Origin: Thermosulfurimonas dismutans
GTDB lineage: Bacteria > Desulfobacterota > Thermodesulfobacteria > Thermodesulfobacteriales > Thermodesulfobacteriaceae
NCBI RefSeq assembly: GCF_001652585.1
Contig: NZ_LWLG01000008.1
Coordinates: forward strand, 30,001-62,000
Reading direction: 5' to 3'
Length of the DNA stretch: 32,000 bases
Shown: in pieces, positions 28,553-32,000 of the stretch
Position numbering within the stretch: position 1 is the stretch's first letter
How the letters are laid out: each line of letters starts with the position of its first letter
Program-made: the position numbers and the translations under genes
The notes under the pieces: model-generated
What the model saw: the letters and a program-made list of their open reading frames with translations, nothing else
What the model was told of the DNA's origin: nothing
The model's database searches: none

Positions 28553-28857
28553 TTCTCCACCAACACCCGAGCCGCTTCCTCGTGCCTAAGAGCCACGTGA
28601 TAGCCTTTCACTTCATACTCCACCGGATCCTCTAGGGGAGCATAGCGAATCACCCGGACCTTGGTTCCGGGAAGGAAACCCATTTCAAGGAGCCTCTGGC
28701 GAAAAGTTCCATTTCCCAAGACCTTGACAATGATACCTTCTTCTCCAGTTTTAAGCTCCTCAAGAGTAACTAGATTTTCAAATCTAGGGCAAGTTTTCCC
28801 CTCTTCCACCGAACATCTTCTTCTCCTTCCCCATCGGAAACGCCACCGGAACCCCAT
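28540..28857 (-). CDS. feoA: FeoA-family protein with Arg-rich N-terminal extension
   Basis: The core is LEELKTGEEGIIVKVLGNGTFRQRLLEMGFLPGTKVRV (SH3-like FeoA). ATG 28857 lies 7 nt after AGGAGG, which sits inside the fur 3' end. The gene overlaps the feoB start by 13 nt. Confidence 0.8.
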
Positions 28858-28859
28858 CT

Positions 28860-29312
28860 TTAGCCCTCCTCCTTACCCTTGCAGTTTGCGCAGTAACCCA
28901 GGATCTCGAAACGACTCATCTTCACCTCGATCCCGTATTTTTCCGCATATTCCCGGGACACCTCTTCGAGCCTCTCATCCCGAAACTCCTCAACCCTTCG
29001 ACAGGAAAGACACCGGAAATGGGCATGGGGTTCGTGCCCATAAATGTGCTCATAGTGCATGTGCCCGTCTTCGTGATAAACCTCCTGCACTAACCCACAT
29101 TCAATGAGTAGAGGAATCGTTCGATAAATGGAGGCCTTGGAGATCCGGTGCCCCTTGTTTCGGAGCCTGAGATAGAGTTCGTCCACATCGAAGTGGTCAT
29201 GAATATTGAAAATCTCTCGCAATATTATCTCCCGCTCTGGAGTATAACGTAAACCTTTCTTTTTTATAAAGTTTCTAAAAATATCTAGCTCGGAAGTTTG
29301 AAGTTTTTCCAT
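28860..29312 (-). CDS. fur: Fur-family metal-responsive transcriptional regulator
   Basis: 150 aa. The winged helix is RYTPEREIILREI...SKASIYRTIPLLIECGLV. Metal sites are HMHYEHIYGHEPHAHFRCLSC and GYCANC. It lies directly upstream of feoAB. Confidence 0.85.
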   Translation of the reverse strand: MEKLQTSELDIFRNFIKKKGLRYTPEREIILREIFNIHDHFDVDELYLRLRNKGHRISKASIYRTIPLLIECGLVQEVYHEDGHMHYEHIYGHEPHAHFRCLSCRRVEEFRDERLEEVSREYAEKYGIEVKMSRFEILGYCANCKGKEEG

Positions 29313-29397
29313 GACAACTTATTGCAATTTTTTTTCAGTAGAGTAATGAGGAATCCCGGGATGTCAAGGCATATTTCTAGGGTATATTGATAGGATC

Positions 29398-30372
29398 ATG
29401 CAAACTTTGGAAATAGCCCGAAGGGTTTTAAGAACAGAAATAGAGGGCCTTGAGGCCGTAGAAAGGAAGCTTGGGGCCTCGTTCGAGGCCGCGGTTGAGC
29501 TCATTCTTTCCACCCGCGGTCGGGTGGTGGTTACCGGGCTGGGAAAAAGCGGTCTAATCGGACGCAAAATTTCGGCCACCTTCTCCTCCACCGGAACCCC
29601 TTCCTTCTTTCTACATCCGGCCGAGGCCCTTCATGGTGACTTGGGTATGGTCACTAGAGACGACGTACTCCTAGCCCTCTCCAACTCTGGAAAGACCGAA
29701 GAGGTCAACCTCATCGCCTCGGTTCTCAAACGACGGGGCGTGAAGATCATTGCGCTCACGGGTAATCTTGCCTCTCCATTGGCCCGACTCTCGGATGTAG
29801 TTATCGATGTCGGAGTCCCCCGGGAAGCCTGTCCCCATGATCTGGCTCCCACCGCAAGTACTACCGCCACCTTAGCGGTAGGGGACGCTTTAGCGGTGGC
29901 TTTAGCTGAGGCCCGAGGTTTTGGCCCCGAGGACTTCCGCCGCAATCACCCGGGGGGATCCCTTGGAGAAAGACTCAAAGTACGGGTAGCGGAGATCATG
30001 CTTACCGGAGAACGGCTCCCACTTACTAGTGAGGGGACACCCCTTCAAGAAGCATTACTGGAAATGGATCGAAAGCGTCTGGGCTGTATATTGATCCTAG
30101 ATCCTCAAAGAAGACTCCGGGGCATAATCACCGACGGAGATCTCAGACGGGCCCTGGTAAGACACGGAAAAGTTGAAGGCCTTACCGTGGATGAGGTCAT
30201 GACCCGTGATCCCAAAAAGATAGAAAAGGACCGTTTGGCCTCCGAGGCCCTGGATCTCATGGAAAAACATCTTATCACGGTGCTCCCGGTAGTGGACGTC
30301 GAAGGGCATCTAGTAGGCATCCTCCATCTCCATGATATTCTAGGCAAGGGCAGTTTCAAGTTTACCGTCTGA
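29398..30372 (+). CDS. kdsD: Arabinose-5-phosphate isomerase (SIS domain plus two CBS domains), KdsD/GutQ family
   Basis: 324 aa. GRVVVTGLGKSGLIGRKISATFSSTGTPSFFLHPAEALHGDLGMV is the canonical KdsD SIS motif. C-terminal tandem CBS repeats follow. Confidence 0.9.
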   Translation: MQTLEIARRVLRTEIEGLEAVERKLGASFEAAVELILSTRGRVVVTGLGKSGLIGRKISATFSSTGTPSFFLHPAEALHGDLGMVTRDDVLLALSNSGKTEEVNLIASVLKRRGVKIIALTGNLASPLARLSDVVIDVGVPREACPHDLAPTASTTATLAVGDALAVALAEARGFGPEDFRRNHPGGSLGERLKVRVAEIMLTGERLPLTSEGTPLQEALLEMDRKRLGCILILDPQRRLRGIITDGDLRRALVRHGKVEGLTVDEVMTRDPKKIEKDRLASEALDLMEKHLITVLPVVDVEGHLVGILHLHDILGKGSFKFTV

Positions 30373-30374
30373 GA

Positions 30375-31064
30375 TCACTCCCGACTTTTCGCTTTTCGCA
30401 TCTCAATCTCACGCTGAATCACATAACGAATGATCTCTTCCCTGTTTTTATCGTTGATGTGAAATTTGATCCCTAAGAGCACACCGTCTGGACTATTCTG
30501 ACATCTCACCACCTCGGCTTTGGGAATCTCGATAGAACCAAACCTTCGGGTGGCAGAGAGTAGCAAATCCAAACGCCCCTCGGTTAGGATCTCTCTTTCG
30601 GGGACCTTCTGGTTGGGTTTTATAATCGCCAATCCCCCGGCACTAATATCCCTGACCTCTCCCAAAAGTTCTTCCTCTCTCCACTTGAATGAGGCCTTAG
30701 AACCCGGAGGGGTAGGCACACGATAGTACATTCTCCTTTCCAGACGATAAACGGCCTTGGGTTTAGTGGTATAAATGTACTTATCTTTCTTAGATTCTCT
30801 AATAATCTCCACCCGAAAGAAGTGTTCAATATTACTAGCATCCCGATAAATAACCCTAGCCGAGGCAAGGCCAGGTAGCCAGGGCCGGGGATAGTCAAAA
30901 ATCAATTGCTCGTCGGTAATATGTAGAAGAAGAGTGGGTCCGGACCGAAAGGTCCCGCTTACGAAGATTACCCAGTAGGCGGCCTCCTTGACCTCCTTCA
31001 AAAGAGCTTCAATATAGAGCGGATCGCGATTGACCTCGTAGCCTCCTTCCCAGGGTTCCCACAT
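30375..31064 (-). CDS. PilZ-domain c-di-GMP-binding protein (YcgR-like two-domain architecture)
   Basis: 229 aa. It has RRMYYR (RxxxR) and DISAGGLAI (D/NxSxxG). The ATG overlaps the polA stop as TAATG. Confidence 0.8.
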   Translation of the reverse strand: MWEPWEGGYEVNRDPLYIEALLKEVKEAAYWVIFVSGTFRSGPTLLLHITDEQLIFDYPRPWLPGLASARVIYRDASNIEHFFRVEIIRESKKDKYIYTTKPKAVYRLERRMYYRVPTPPGSKASFKWREEELLGEVRDISAGGLAIIKPNQKVPEREILTEGRLDLLLSATRRFGSIEIPKAEVVRCQNSPDGVLLGIKFHINDKNREEIIRYVIQREIEMRKAKSRE

Positions 31065-32000
31065 TAGGCCTTAGCCTCCGCCCAAGTTTTACCCCAAGAC
31101 AGGTTAACCTTAAGGGGCACACTTAAAGGATACACCTCCTCCATATCCTTTCGGATGATCGCCACAACCTCTTCAATCTCTTCCTCCGGGACCTCGAAAA
31201 GGAGTTCGTCGTGAACCTGAAGGATAAGCCTAGTCCTAAAGCCCCCGACCGAAAGGCTACGATCTATACGAAGCATAGCCAATTTGATTAAATCTGCGCC
31301 GGAGCCCTGTATAGGAGTATTAATGGCCGTGCGTTCGGCAAATTCCCTCACCGCTCTTTCGCGACTTCTGATGTCCGGAATGGGACGACGCCTACCGAGA
31401 AGGGTGGTCACGTAACCCTTATCCCGGGCTTCCTCGATCATCCCTTCCATATAAGCCTTGACTCCGGGATAACGCTCAAAGTAGCGATCGATAAAGGCCT
31501 GGGCTTGCTTGTAATCAATGTCGAGTTCCTTAGAAAGACCATAGGGACTCATACCATAGGCAATACCAAAGTTTATGACCTTAGCCAACCGCCTCATCTC
31601 CGGAGTCACTTCTTCTTCTCGGACACCAAAGATCTCGGCCGCAGTAGCGGCATGAATATCCCGGCCCTCCAGAAAGGCCTCCTTCAGGTTTTCGTCTCCG
31701 GAAAAATGCGCGAGCAATCTTAGTTCAATCTGTGAATAGTCAGCCGAAAGCAGTAACCAGCTCTCCTCAGCCACAAAGGCCCTTCTTATGGCCTCCCCCT
31801 CTTCACCTTTTATCGGGATATTCTGAAGGTTGGGATCGGAAGAGGAGAGACGACCGGTGGCAGTTCCCGTCTGATGAAAGGTGGTGTGCACCCTACCGGT
31901 GGCAGGATCTACTAGGCGCGGCAAGGGTTCTATATAGGTAGAAAGGAGCTTGTAAAGCGTACGATAGCGAAGAACCCTTTCTGGGAGGGGATGAAGCCTC
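31064..32000 (-). CDS. polA: DNA polymerase I, C-terminal polymerase domain (5' part lies beyond the right edge)
   Basis: TATGRLSSSDPNLQNIPI, SADYSQIELR and QVHDELLFEV are Pol I family A motifs A-C. The reading frame stays open upstream of the track's TTG start: my translation of 31925..31999 gives RLHPLPERVLRYRTLYKLLSTYIEP, which is also Pol I-like. Confidence 0.93.
   Translation of the reverse strand, partial: RLHPLPERVLRYRTLYKLLSTYIEPLPRLVDPATGRVHTTFHQTGTATGRLSSSDPNLQNIPIKGEEGEAIRRAFVAEESWLLLSADYSQIELRLLAHFSGDENLKEAFLEGRDIHAATAAEIFGVREEEVTPEMRRLAKVINFGIAYGMSPYGLSKELDIDYKQAQAFIDRYFERYPGVKAYMEGMIEEARDKGYVTTLLGRRRPIPDIRSRERAVREFAERTAINTPIQGSGADLIKLAMLRIDRSLSVGGFRTRLILQVHDELLFEVPEEEIEEVVAIIRKDMEEVYPLSVPLKVNLSWGKTWAEAKA

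Noticed and set aside
29313-29397. Fur box in the fur/kdsD divergent intergenic region (palindrome ATTGCAAT at 29321-29328)
   Set aside because: It is only an 8-bp palindrome with weak resemblance to the 19-bp GATAATGATAATCATTATC consensus. It cannot be supported without a lineage-specific motif model.

Overview
All large genes but two (the integrase and kdsD) are on the minus strand. The right end (25.1-32 kb, about 55-60% GC on hand-sampled lines) is ordinary housekeeping: tRNA-Asn(GUU), serS, feoB, feoA, fur, kdsD, a PilZ protein and the 3' end of polA. To the left of the tRNA 3' end is island-like DNA. It starts with a tyrosine integrase, a PIN/RHH toxin-antitoxin pair and a Dam-family methyltransferase. 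Next come about 710 bp with no credible ORF but a dense GATC cluster, then a Lon-like AAA+ ATPase that lacks a protease domain. Further left are a DUF2779-type nuclease and an SbcD/SbcC-like pair whose ATPase has no zinc hook, followed by a decayed MNT nucleotidyltransferase pseudogene. The leftmost 14.4 kb is a tightly packed, co-directional, low-GC defense array (22-45% GC on most sampled lines). Its first part is a type III-like restriction-modification cassette with an SNF2 helicase, a beta-class Mod-like methyltransferase and a Res-like helicase-nuclease. An ABC/AAA_21-type ATPase and a 156-aa unknown are inserted between Mod and Res. A 73-aa relic of a methyltransferase C-terminal tail follows the cassette. 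The array ends with an OLD-family ATPase-TOPRIM nuclease, a standalone SIR2 protein and a TIR protein cut by the window edge. The best candidates for undescribed biology are the five-gene SNF2-Mod-ATPase-unknown-Res cassette and the OLD/SIR2/TIR cluster, which looks Thoeris-like but has no SLOG sensor. Secondary candidates are sharp low-GC cassettes inside the methyltransferase and ATPase genes, the Dam plus Lon-like ATPase module with its GATC-rich gap, and the hookless SbcCD-like trio. All family calls rest on motif recognition by eye; no searches were run.
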